A DNA stretch of 59,605 nucleotides, the filler included, from Sphacelaria rigidula (Eukaryota): NCBI GenBank assembly GCA_964200075.2. It is 7 parts of 7 records of this genome, joined end to end, with 100 filler letters (N's around TTAATTAATTAA, not from the genome) between each part and the next. Parts side by side here need not be neighbours in the genome. Positions count along the whole stretch, not along the records: positions 17,061 to 25,489 come from CAXNAA020011157.1; positions 25,590 to 34,018 come from CAXNAA020011158.1; positions 34,119 to 42,547 come from CAXNAA020011159.1; 4 more parts are not named here. One strand, written 5' to 3'. Below the pieces are notes generated by a model. That model did not search any database and had not been told where the DNA came from. It worked only from the letters and a program-made list of their open reading frames with translations. The position numbers were made by a program, and so were the translations under genes. This document shows, one piece after another, positions 25,119 to 36,907 of this stretch (the stretch's first letter is position 1; the number at the start of each line of letters is the position of its first letter).

Positions 25119-25421
25119 ATGGTGAGACACCCATGAGGTAGTGTGTAAGTCGTGATTATCTCTGGAAGTGGCAATACCAGAACATGAATGAACGTATTAG
25201 AGGTTGTCACCCAAATCCAAAATACTCAGTAGGCTTCGGGCCGAACTATCTTAGCAGGAAGAAGCTCACCCTTCATGCGAATCGCCGAACACATCACGGC
25301 GCTTCGCATTTGGTGATGAATTGCGAGCCTAGTCCGGCGAAAATCCAGCGTGCTTCGTCCCGGCTTTGTAGGGATGCGAGGTCAATAGTCTGATGACTAT
25401 GGCATGCATGATCATGAGTAT

Positions 25422-25422
<1 letters not shown>
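25119..25422 (+). mobile_element. ~300-bp non-autonomous retroelement sharing its 3' tail with the LINE; in a C tract
   Basis: Body matches 45938-46223, 43075-43180 and 51177-51325 (-). Tail GATGCGAGGTCAATAGTC...ATGAGTA aligns with the LINE end. C-rich flanks on both sides. Confidence 0.8.
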
Positions 25423-25465
<43 letters not shown>

Positions 25466-26168
25466 CCTCCCCCCCTTGCTTGGGGGGGTNNNNNNNNNNN
25501 NNNNNNNNNNNNNNNNNNNNNNNNNNNNNNNNNTTAATTAATTAANNNNNNNNNNNNNNNNNNNNNNNNNNNNNNNNNNNNNNNNNNNNTTTTTTTATCT
25601 TGGGGCCGTGTCCCGAAATATATGTTTTCTTACCCTTGGGTTAGGGTTAAAAAAAAAGTGTCCAACTCATCTTTGTACTCATCCAAATCGTACTTTTCAA
25701 CTCTTCGTTTTGTTTGCCCTCCAACTTGTGCCCTCCGACCTTTTTAACCCTATTGCCACTATTGCCAACAATTTGCAGATAAATTGCATCAACTAATAAT
25801 CTCAAACACAATTCCAACACAGCCAAAACTGCTCATCCAACCAAGTATATTCAGGAAACACACAAGCAGCACACGTATGCGGCTCGTGCGCACTGTTTCG
25901 ACAACGTCTTGCTGAGCAAATGACGCCCTCAAGCCTGAGAAATAAGTGTGTAGTTTGACAAAGTTTGAGGGGAGAAAAAATGAAATCAGGATGTGTTGGG
26001 GGAGGGTAGTGTGGGTCCAGGATTTTATTTTCTGGTCGCCCTTGACGCTACGGGTAATGCAACACTATGTCCTAAGAGCAGAATAAAAGCGCATAAGTAC
26101 AACAACATAGCTCACCCATTCTTGACGTTAAAAATGTTGATGTATGACCCTGATCTGGGCAGAACTGA

Positions 26169-26538
26169 ATGGTGTTGTATTACTTGTCTAAACGCCATGG
26201 GAGGTAGTCCAGTCCTATAAATACAGATGAGCTTTGCGCTGGCTCCGTCCACATTACCCCAGAATGGCCTGAATAAAATTTCGGCAGCTTACCGAACGTC
26301 TTGGAGAGTTTGGTTGCCCACGTGGGCAACTTTCCGGTAGTGACATCGACGAAGCCGCTCATGACCCTGGAAGGAAAGTTGCCCAGGTAGGCAACCAAAC
26401 TCTTCAGGACGGTCGGTAAGCTGCCGACTTTATTGAGATCATTCTGGGGCAATGGAGATGGGAGTCAGCGCAAAGCTCATCTGTGTTTATAGGATGGGAT
26501 TACCTCTCACGGTGTTTCTACAAGCAATACAACACTAT
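26169..26538 (+). ncRNA. Long hairpin A (~165-bp arms, 37-nt loop); candidate hairpin RNA / pri-miRNA
   Basis: 26169-26335 is an imperfect reverse complement of 26373-26538; many differences are G.U-compatible on +. The inverted repeat is seen directly; expression is not shown. Confidence 0.45.
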
Positions 26539-26694
26539 GCCCATTTTCAGTGCATCTTTGGTTGCATCATCCGAACACACGCCCATACGATAAGTGTCGA
26601 GATGGGAGTCGAAAATATGGGTGATGATCTGTAACACATTTACCAAGTACGAAATTATAAACAGTCACGACAATGTACTTGTGTGCATATACGT

Positions 26695-26939
26695 ATCTCG
26701 AACTCCCGACACACTGCCAAGCTCTTCCGGAGGCCAGTGTAGTACCATACTTGACGACATATTATATGAATGATATATACCACACTTGTTGTCGGGGGCG
26801 TCCGCTAGTACACCCTGCGATGTTGTTGCTCCCCGGGCACCGTTCCGGCCGTGGCCGAGGTCCTCTATGACATATTTCGTCAAGTACGGTACTGCACTGG
26901 CCTTCGGAAGTGCCTGGCAGTGTGTCGGGAGTTCGAGAT
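26695..26939. repeat. Inverted repeat B (~68-bp arms, ~108-nt spacer)
   Basis: ATCTCGAACTCCCGACACACTGCCA...CTTGACGACATAT pairs with ATATTTCGTCAAG...TGGCAGTGTGTCGGGAGTTCGAGAT. Confidence 0.9.
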
Positions 26940-27027
26940 TTACAGTACTGCCCACAAGGAGTATGACATTTTCCGAAGTGCATAGTATCTTGATATCGAT
27001 GGTGCTAGAGAGGATCTTACCCTCCTG

Positions 27028-27228
27028 TTTTGGGCGACGCCCAGCTTGAACAGTTCCTCTCCGGAACGCTCGTTGCCATCGCCCCCCTGTGCCAACCTGG
27101 ATGGCCGATACGAACAACACGAATGTCACGGTATGCATGCTGTCCTATCGGCCATTCAGGTTGGCACAGGGGGGTGATGACAACGAGCGTTCCGGAAAGG
27201 AACTGCTTAAGCTGGGCGTCGCCCAAAA
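27028..27228. repeat. Near-perfect inverted repeat C (~85-bp arms, ~25-30-nt loop), pre-miRNA-like
   Basis: TTTTGGGCGACGCCCAGCTT...GGCCGATA pairs with TATCGGCC...AAGCTGGGCGTCGCCCAAAA, with about six transition differences. Confidence 0.9.
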
Positions 27229-28813
27229 GAGAAGGGTAGCGACATCGACGAAGCCGCTCATGACCCTGGAAGGAAAGTTGCCCAGGTAGGCAACCAAACT
27301 CTCCAGGACGGTCGGTAAGCTGCCGACTTTATTGAGATCATTCTGGGGCAATATAGATGAGAGTCAACGCAAAGCTCATCTGTGTCTATAGGACGGGATT
27401 ACCTCTCACGGTGTTTCTACAAGTAATACAACACTATACCCATTTTCAGTGCATCTTTGGTTGCATCATCCGAACACACGCCCATACGATAAGCAGGGGA
27501 TGCACGTACACGTTCACAAGTGGGTATGCCTGACGCGAACAAATGAGTGAAAAAGTTGCCCTTTGGGGGAGCAAACACGATCCTGTCTAGCACCACCGAT
27601 ATCACGATATTAGTCGCCTCTGAATGGTCATTCTCCTTGTGGGCAGTAAATGTGTCGAGATGGGAGTCGAAAATATGGGGGATGATCTGTAACACATTTA
27701 TTAAGTACGAAATTGTAAACAGTCACGACAATGTACTTGTGTGCATATACGTATCTCGAACTCCCGACACACTGCCAGGCTCTTCCGGAGGCCAGTGCAG
27801 TACTGGACTTTATGGCGTATCCATAACAGATCTCGGCCACGGCCGGAACGGTGCGCGGGCAGCAACAGCATCACAGGGTGCGCCAGTTGCCTTCCCCGAA
27901 AACATGTGAGGAATATGACCTGAAATGTTCATGCATCCGTTTATTCTCACACGGAGTGGTGAGCACTATTTTGGAGACCGCGGGGGTTGTCGATGTGTTG
28001 ATGGTGTGTTGATGTTTGGGGTCTCAGCACGTTTCCTATGGTGCACAAAACATCCAGCGGCTGGCTGTAGAAGTGCCTCCTCTGATGCCTCGGTATTCTG
28101 CTTTTATTCCTGCTAGCCAAGAGCATCAGACTTCTTGTAGTGCATTCTTGTCATCCGAAATTCCAATTCCTCTCCATTCATGTTCATATTTCTGTCGTAT
28201 TTTCCAACCGTCTCGCTTTTCAGGGGAGAATCTGTGGTCCTAAGGGATCCACCCATCTCTCCCCCAGTACCTTGCTACCTGTGAGTGTACGATGGGACAT
28301 TGAATCACGACTATCGGCACTCTAACGAACCGTCGACTTTCAAATGGCCGCTGACGTAATATTGTGACCACCGGGTCGTGGCGGCATGGTTGAGGAGGGG
28401 ACACGATGCCTTCATCCCCGGGGGCACATGACGATAGTAAATCATGCCTTGGTCGTTCAGCCCCCACACCGACTCCCGTAACAAACACGAACGGGCGAAC
28501 GTTGTTCCCTCTACACGTCCCCGCGCACTGACCAGTCGAGTCTCTTGTTTTCCGCCATTTTGCCTCATGCTGAGGGAGCCTGCGGTCAAGTCAATTTCTC
28601 CTCGAATGTATTTCGATATTGACCCAAGACAGCAGAGTTCGTGGGCAATCGTCAGCTCTACCGCCCTTACTCGCTGGTTTCATCGTATTTTCCTTGCACG
28701 ACGCGCGTCCCGCCACTCCCCACCCCTTGCTTCGATATGTGTGCATTGCTCGACAGCTGTGCGCTGTACTCACTGTTGCGACGAACCCCCCGCGCGCTGA
28801 AACTTGTATGCAG

Positions 28814-29164
28814 CAGCAACGACGACCATTCGTCGTATTCCCCGGCGACCGATGTGGGAAGATACACGGCCGATTTGGGCACGGCCACCGCGGCCAAACT
28901 GGTCCTCCGAAGAAGTACCTCCCACAGAAACAGCGGCGGCGGAATTGGTGGTGGTGGTGGTGGCCGGCCGAGCGCGTGCTGGGGGTTTCTGGTGGCGCAC
29001 GGGCGTCTCAGCGAAGGGGACGACGATGAGGAAGAAAATGAATACGGCGATGGCGCCGACACGCAGGCGTTGAGGGATCTGATCGCTTTTCGGCGAGAGA
29101 TCGCCGCCGAAGAGGCGACGAAGAAGGAAAATGACGAAGGTGGGTTGCTGAGATCTGTCGCGAG
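28814..29164 (+). CDS. Putative internal exon of an unknown protein (Gly-rich, then acidic/coiled segment)
   Basis: TGCAG acceptor, AG|GTGTTG donor, 351 nt with symmetric phase. Open frame ...LVLRRSTSHRNSGGG...CWGFLVAHGRLSEGDDDEEENEY...LRDLIAFRREIAAEEA, GC3-rich. Confidence 0.65.
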
Positions 29165-30978
29165 GTGTTGACAATACTGCTTCGAGTCAATATGTCCACG
29201 TGCCTTCACCGCTCCCAAATTGCAGTACACCGCTCCCAAACTGCAGTTCACCTTTCCGTAACCCCTCGTTGATCCCCCTCTACGATATACACCCTATTGT
29301 ACGTCTGCTCATCAAGCCGCCCCTCCGTCGTTGGACCCACCGCACCCGTCGCTTGCGGTGTCGTCGTTAACCGTGGTGACAAAGGGGATGGTGGAGGGTG
29401 TTGTCCTGATTTTTAAAAGAAGGGCGCGAGATGTTTCTGCCGTGAGAAAGCTGAACAATCATTTTTATAAGAAAAGACTGCGAGGGACCGACCAATCCTT
29501 GATATGATGTGGAAAGAAACTTTGCCGGCGGCGTGGAAAGTATGAATCTTCTGTTACGTCCACTGCACTAACGTGATACTAGAAATTTATGTTTCTTTGC
29601 ATGGTGGTACTACCCAACCCTGCTATCATCGCTCCTCTAGCAACGTAGTCAACCCCCAAACCGCTTATACGTTTGTCATTTTCATGGCCTGAATTCACGA
29701 ATCGACCCCCCGATCACGATGCTGTTCGCCACATGTCCCCCTCTGTAACATTACTCGTCAGGTTTTCAGAGCACGGAAAATGCGGTGTAGAGGTCTGGCA
29801 AGGTGATCTCACGGAAGGGAAGAGACTGTAGCGGACACCACGACTACTGCTCCAGACAGGGGTGTCGGGGGGTATCTTTGGAACCTTTACAATAGTTTTT
29901 AGTCTAGCGCCTGTATTTAGCTTTTTGTGTTCTAGCATTTGTATTCAGCTTCCTTTCTTGTTTTCATCTGTTTTTCTTTGTATTTGGGTTTCGTTTCCTC
30001 TTCCTCAAACTTTCTGCAAGGATTATTTTACTATAGTCGTTAGTTCAGCCTATATGTGTTGGCGTATCGTATTACTTTCTCCTGTTTTTCTTCGCCTTTG
30101 TTTTTTGTCCTTGACTTTTGCTTCCTTATTTCCCCTCGAACTATCTTCAGAGATTCGTCATGTACGCGTTTCCCCCTTGATTATATCGATGTTGCGACTG
30201 CGGCTAGATTCGTCGAGGTGTATCAGTTTGTGTGTGATGATCAATCAATCATCAACTGGGTACTGGGAGTTTCGGCAACGGGAGTCATACGAGGGAAATG
30301 GTACAGCCTGATGATCGCCACGCGGATTGTGTATATGTACAGTATATAGAATAATGTTATGTGACGTGTGACACCGGTCATCCTTGTCTTTCTCGGTAGT
30401 TCGATAGTTCAGGGTGCGCTCGGTCAAATGATACGATTGTCAATTGGACGCTTTCAGCAATCAAAGTTACCGACCACAAAAGACAGCGCCGTTCTTTCAC
30501 GTGGCAGGAAGCACTACACATCCCCACGTAGGAAACTGTTGACGTGAATGAATGGCCGATGTTATGGCGCTCGGAAGGTAACACTCACGTGCAATGCTGC
30601 ATCAGGCAAGCGCCACCTCTTCTTCGCGGCACAGTGTGTTAGAATCAGTTCAGATGCTACACGAATAAATATCTACGGCTAGGGCAATGCAGCCAAGATC
30701 CAGGCTATTTATCCTCGTCGTGTAGGCTGCGTGACTATTTGTTGTGACCATCGTGATGCCACACCGACTCCCAACAGGTTTTCCTTCCCTCAAAACAATT
30801 ATTTCGTAAACCGCTAGATGCTGGTCAAATAAGAAGCAGCTTCCTATGCACGAAACATATATCATAACTTTGATTTTAGTGCTGACACCGATTGAAACCC
30901 TTTCATCGGGAAGGGGTGGAGAGAAGGGTTCAACGGTATTCCGTCGACGAGCACGCTCACGTGTTTTTCAAGGCCTTT

Positions 30979-31177
30979 CACGTGACCGGCGAAACATATG
31001 TCTTTTTCACGTGTGCCATGTTTCGCGAACCCGTTCAAGGATCGTGCCCGGTTCAGATACGGCCATAGCGAGTTTCATGTCCTACTTCTCCCGTTCGATC
31101 CAAATGGCCTGTGAGAATTGGTCACGGCCCGAAAATGAGCGCGTAATAAGATGTTTTTGATTCGGCTGGTCACGTGT
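30979..31177. repeat. Small imperfect inverted-repeat element (MITE-like)
   Basis: CACGTGACCGGCGAA...TCTT pairs with AAGATG...TTCGGCTGGTCACGTG; related internal motifs at ~32525-32630 and ~44330-44405. Confidence 0.5.
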
Positions 31178-32823
31178 TGTTCGGGAGGTCGTTCCGACAG
31201 GGTCGACCGTTTCCGATTATTGAAATGAGCGATGCCCCCCGTAGCCCCCCAGAACACTGTAGTGGGCACCGAGACCACATCCACGTGGGAGACGCTTCAA
31301 CCCTTTGATCGCGAGGGGAGGTGACCTGCGGAAATCAGCATCGATTTCACTCGAAAAAAGTTCGTCTGATTGTCAGTATAGAGATTATGCGGCCTTGTTT
31401 CTGAGACCACCCATCATCTCGATGCGTTGTATGCCCATTTCTTCGTGACGGTTTTTCGGCCGTTTGGGGGGGGGGGGCTGTGGCGGCATCACTCAATATT
31501 GCTAAATCGGCTTGATATCCGTCCTCGCAACACTCTCTCGTGCTACGACAACAGTAGGCCTCCCTAGGTTTGTTTCAATATTAAAAAAAAGTACATGTTT
31601 GTCCCGAGAGTGTACACCGGCCTACCCGAGAGCTGTTCGTAGCTTTGGATTTCCGGAAATGTGTTGTCGGATAAAACCTCCAATAAGTGGCTACTCGTGT
31701 TCACGTCGCTCTGGTCGAGCACCGAAATAAGGCATTATACTCTTACTGAAATTGGGTATGGTTTCGCTACCCCGTTCAAATGGTACGAGCGCACCGCAGA
31801 ACACACGTACATTATTGATACGTGTACATGTGTGCAACTCGCACCCCCCGAGTTGTGTTCGGGTCGATTCGGAGGCATGCAGATCTACTCGCCCGCCCTC
31901 CCCTACGCCGCCATAGACACATCATTCCCTCCATAGCTGACATATCTCTGCAAAGAGGGCCTGGAAAATGCACCCAGCCACTCAAAAACGGAGTTGTGGT
32001 AGACACCTCAACGCTGATATTCACTACACGTATGTATGTAAAAGTAATACCGCAATGTATGTAACGACACCGCACACCGAAGTGTACTGGCTGGAGAGAC
32101 GATTTTGAAGGTTTCAACGGATGGTGCACCAAAAACGCGGTTTCACTCATGCACAAGCTTTCCCCTCTCAATCAGTGCATACATTTCATACATGTATGTT
32201 TCGATGAGCACGTTCGAAGGCTGCACAGGTGAACATTTTGCTCTCGCCGCAAGGTTGCACATTGTAGAGAGTGTGTAGAGCGTCGGCACAGGGAGTTCTG
32301 GACCTTGAAGAGGGTCGCCAGAGGATCTCTACCTACGGAAGTTGTTCCGAGGATCTAGTAAATTGCTCACCTGTGGTGTGTATACTTCATATATATAATA
32401 TGTTGTTGCCACGGATATTGCAATTAGAAATGAAAATGTCGTTTGATTTCAGGCGTCATCAATCTGCCGGTTTTCGGATGTTCGGAAATTATCGCATTTC
32501 CCCCTTCATTTTGTGTCCATGTTCCTGAACCCGTTCGAGAATGGTCATGTGAGACTTTAGCTTTGGGGGGGGGGTCAGTTCAAGAATGGTCGCGTGAGAC
32601 GTGTACCCGGTTCGAAAGTGGTTAGGTGAGATTTCTTCTTTTCTTGTCCTGCTGTTGCTTTTGCTGTAACGCCATCAATGGCTAAATATCCAAGATCGCT
32701 CTAGACCGGTGTATTGACCAATGGTTCCAATGTTGTGTAGGCATACATTTTGTCGGATCATAGGAGGCAGCTTGAAAAATGGAAAACAAACAAGCGGACG
32801 TGGAAAACGTGGAAAGAGCAATG

Positions 32824-33443
32824 CTACGGTAGGGGACGCAATTTTTGCGCAAAAAATTATCTAGTTCAGGGGCTCCTGACGATTATAGATTTATGTGTTG
32901 TGTGTTGTCGTTCCATCTATTCTGGACGCCGCGGTCTACACCTTTCGGTATATGTGGGCCCTCCAGCCGGGGTCACACAAGAGGAGGGTCAACACAGGAG
33001 CTTTTTCGTTTTTTTCTTTGTTTTTAGTGCCCCACCTTCCTTCTGCGGTGCCTGCCTTTACTTTTGATCGCGATAGGGGTTCAGCACTCTCTTTCCCTCA
33101 TCGACCGTTAAGTCGAATTTTGTGCACCCATGACATAGTCGCTCTCCACTGCTGGGCATGTTGTGAGAAAAATCCCAGATCGCTCCGAGATTTTAACCCA
33201 CAACCCAACTGTCAGAAGGTTTCGAGGTCACCCACTGAGCCACCGGGGCGACCGGCTCTAGATTCACAAGAATAAAGGTCAGGGCATCGCCGTTTGCGAA
33301 TCCATTCGGGATGTCCCTAGTACACTGAAATAGGTGGTAATCCTTGCGTACTCTCTCACATCTCATAAGTCGTGTTTTGGATGAGATAAAGGGCTCCTAA
33401 CAATTCTAACCTCAGAGAATATCTGTGCACCCCGCTACCGTAG
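32824..33443. mobile_element. MITE with CTACGGTAGGGG-type TIRs carrying a nested SINE; uninterrupted copy at 51865-52071
   Basis: Termini CTACGGTAG...CTACCGTAG. After removing 32892-33255 the rest aligns with the reverse complement of 51865-52071. Confidence 0.8.
32892..33255 (-). mobile_element. Full-length tRNA-derived SINE (family 1) nested in a MITE
   Basis: Collinear with 22936-23295; TAGATT present at both junctions. Confidence 0.88.
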
Positions 33444-34917
33444 CATGCCTCTAAAATGGGAATCGTTCCCCTCCAGTTCCTCATCAATAAGTTCGAGCAG
33501 AATAAAGTGGTGTGGGGTAAGGGGGAGGGTAGAGTTCGTCGCACTCTGGTGTTTTGTCACCCCTCACGCCTTGCCATGAATGGAGAAATAGCTTGTGGTC
33601 AGGGATAGTAGATACTGCTCATTATATTATGCATGGGCAAGAAGAGTGCGCACCCGAAGTGTTGTACTGTACGAAGCCCTTCAATTCGATTCGCCTGGCT
33701 GTGCGGTGAAATCGCCGTGACTTCTACTTTATCACCTCTAGTGCATGGGCCTCTCGATCGATCGCAGTTATGTAGTAAATATCTCGTACAGAAATGGCGA
33801 GGCTTTATTGGCATGATAGCGTTGGGCTTCACCAATGATGGTTGTTACAACAATAATGGTACTTCGTATACTATAATACTCGTAGTAGTACAGGAGGGCC
33901 CAAAACAAAACTCCAAAATCCTATGTACCCCCCCCCCCCCCCCCCCCCCCCCCACACTGAGCCAGGGGTGCATTTTAGGGGCAGCAACCGAAAAACAAAA
34001 AAATAAGAACAAGAAGAANNNNNNNNNNNNNNNNNNNNNNNNNNNNNNNNNNNNNNNNNNNNTTAATTAATTAANNNNNNNNNNNNNNNNNNNNNNNNNN
34101 NNNNNNNNNNNNNNNNNNTTTTGACTATGGTTGGCATGAACATGAGTCCCCCCCCCCCCCCCCCCGCCCCTATCGTAGGATGACTCATGATCACCCGCTG
34201 GGGGCGGTAAGGGCATGCATACTGCTGTACAGCGTTTCGACCAGGAATTCTTGTGAAAGATCTCCTCGCTGACAAATATGATCGTCAAGATAATCGTTCG
34301 GGAAATACCATTTGGGATGCAGCTGGGAAATGAAGGGGCCGCCGTGGCGTCAAAGATATACGACAAATGGCCAAACACGCTCCCCCCCCCTCCTCCTCTA
34401 TCGTTCTTGACAACACCTCAACGGATAATGAACCTCAAAAGTGTGAGCTGGAGACACGGTAACGACTGACGAACACAACCGATAACGCAGTACGATGATC
34501 ATACTGCAGTATCCATATCCTTCACAACGGTGCCTTCTTTTCTCACCAGCCGAAAACAGGGCAGCGAACCCCGAGAGCACCAAAGTCTAACAGTCTAAGA
34601 TAGATACCGTAATTGTGCGAGTCATCGCACACCCCCTGGACCGAATTTTAACACTCGATTATTCCACAACAAGAATAGCATCAATTCTGAAAAGGGTGAC
34701 GCTGGGAAGATCTCGTCGATACCTGTCCGAAAACGCGTCGTTTGGTATTGGCACCCTCTTCGTCACGGAGTAATCGACCTTTGAAAGTCGGTCCAGGGGG
34801 TGTGCGACGACTCGCACAATTACGGTACATGAGATAGACACATGGCGCAGGCTGTGCACAGGGCAAAACGAACGACATCATCGATAGTATTAGAATAGTA
34901 GCATTGGCCTCGCTCAC

Positions 34918-36857
34918 CCCAAGAGCCCACAGATCTACCGACCGATCGTGACCCTTATTGAAGATGAACTCGGGAGCGAGGTACTCGGGGGTGCCGCACA
35001 TTGTGTGTGATCGCGGATGAATCTGTGGCTGACCGTCCACAGTCACAACAAATGGGATTTGCTTCGCAAAGCCCATGTCGATGACCCGCAAATATCCTGA
35101 TGGTAACGAAGGCGCGCGAGGCAGGAGCAGTGAGAGCAGTGAGCTAGCGGACAAGATCGACACGGTACGAGTGAGGCTTGCTATGGTGCGCCCATGTGAA
35201 GACTTCCACTGAAGGTTGGATATCCTGTGCACGGTGCTGTGCTTTTGTACTGAAAGATAATCGTTCTGCAGTAGTGCGTGACATGCTTATTGATTCTCCA
35301 GCGTTTCCCGCACAGCACCACCTGGTTTCTGCTGTATTTCCTTTTTTTCTCTTGATTCCAAATCGTTAGGTTTGAGTCTACAACTGTCCGACGGCACACA
35401 ACACGTACTGTACCTGAAGGTATGTGTCCGTCGATAGTGACCGTGCATGATCTGCTTGACGACTTTATGGTGAGCAAGTAGTTTCACTCTACGATACCTG
35501 ACTGCTGCGAGATGCAGAACCGAAGCTTCAACTCGAGTGTCATGCCTTCGCAGTACTGTGCGTTATCTCTGCATGCTCGTGTTTTTTGCTCTTCAGTCAG
35601 TCCTGGGTAACTTATCGGTCGACTTACCCGACTGCCAATGAACCAGACCTCCACAGCAAAAGTACAAAAACAGGTCGACTGATGGTTCCGTTTTTTCGTG
35701 GTGGCTACCGCTGGCTCTTGAAAGCACGGCCGTTAGTTGTGACAGACGTGCATGCTGACGTTCTGAACAGCATTGACTTGGTGAGCCACGTTTCATCGGC
35801 TTTTGGTCATTGCGTGGCTGTTATCTATAAAATCAAAAGTGGCGCACCGTCCAGATGCCTCATTTTGTTCTCCATCATACTTTTTGTTTTTATTTTTACC
35901 CCTCTCGTTGCTCGAGACGAGTCAGCAGTCTCAATGCATCAATCAACGCCCCTCTTTCTCTCCCAAGGTACATGCCCCACATATTGGTGTCGCGGATTGG
36001 ACCATGACCAGCATTCCTGCACGGTGTCGACTCTTGCAAGACGTTTCTCTGCAACCCACTCTACAAGGTAATCTTGAGAAAAAACGCAAAGTGTAATTGC
36101 TGGGAATCCAACCCCCTATTCCACCGTCGCATCGGTTTCAAGATTTCCAAGTTATATCATCGAGGCTGGAGCTGAGTATCGATATTCTGCTCGGAAATCC
36201 AACTTTTCTGGCCGTCAAGAGATATCGTCTTAATTGAAGGGAACGTGCCGTGTAGGCGAAAACGTGAAGCGGGAGAATATGCTGTCCTACCTGCATCGTC
36301 CACAATCAGGTTTTCTGGCTTGAGATCCCTGTAAGCGATTCCTTTTTTGTGCATATATGCCAAAGCTTCAACCAAAATTGCACTGTAAAATTTCACATGC
36401 TCCGGAGGTAGTCCTGGGAAACGACATGCATACGGGAAAGAGGGGGGGTATACAAGGGTCGCAATATGGAAGGACGCGCTAGCATGCAAGTACAGTAGTT
36501 CCACAAACGCGTGGCCTAACCCTTGTTCGCCCCCATACGACAGGGTGATTTTGGGTATGTCTTTACTTCGAGAAGTTGAAAAAAAGACAAGAACAAGACG
36601 ACAATAGCGGTAAATATAATAGAGAGGCGAATATATATATATATATATATACCTTCAGAACCGTGTACCGCGTAAAATGTAAGTCGAGTACCAACTTCGC
36701 ACGTGAGCCACGAGGACAGCGGAGCAGGCAAAATCGACTGGTATTTTGACCTACACTCGCGGGGCACCGAGAATTATTACTATTACTATTACTATTATTA
36801 TTATCATTACTATCATTACTATCATTATTATCATTATTATCATTATTATTGTTGTTG

Positions 36858-36907
<50 letters not shown>

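Noticed and set aside
28814-29164. Joining this exon to the 17181-24398 gene
   Set aside because: They lie on different contigs separated by an artificial spacer, and the phases do not match.
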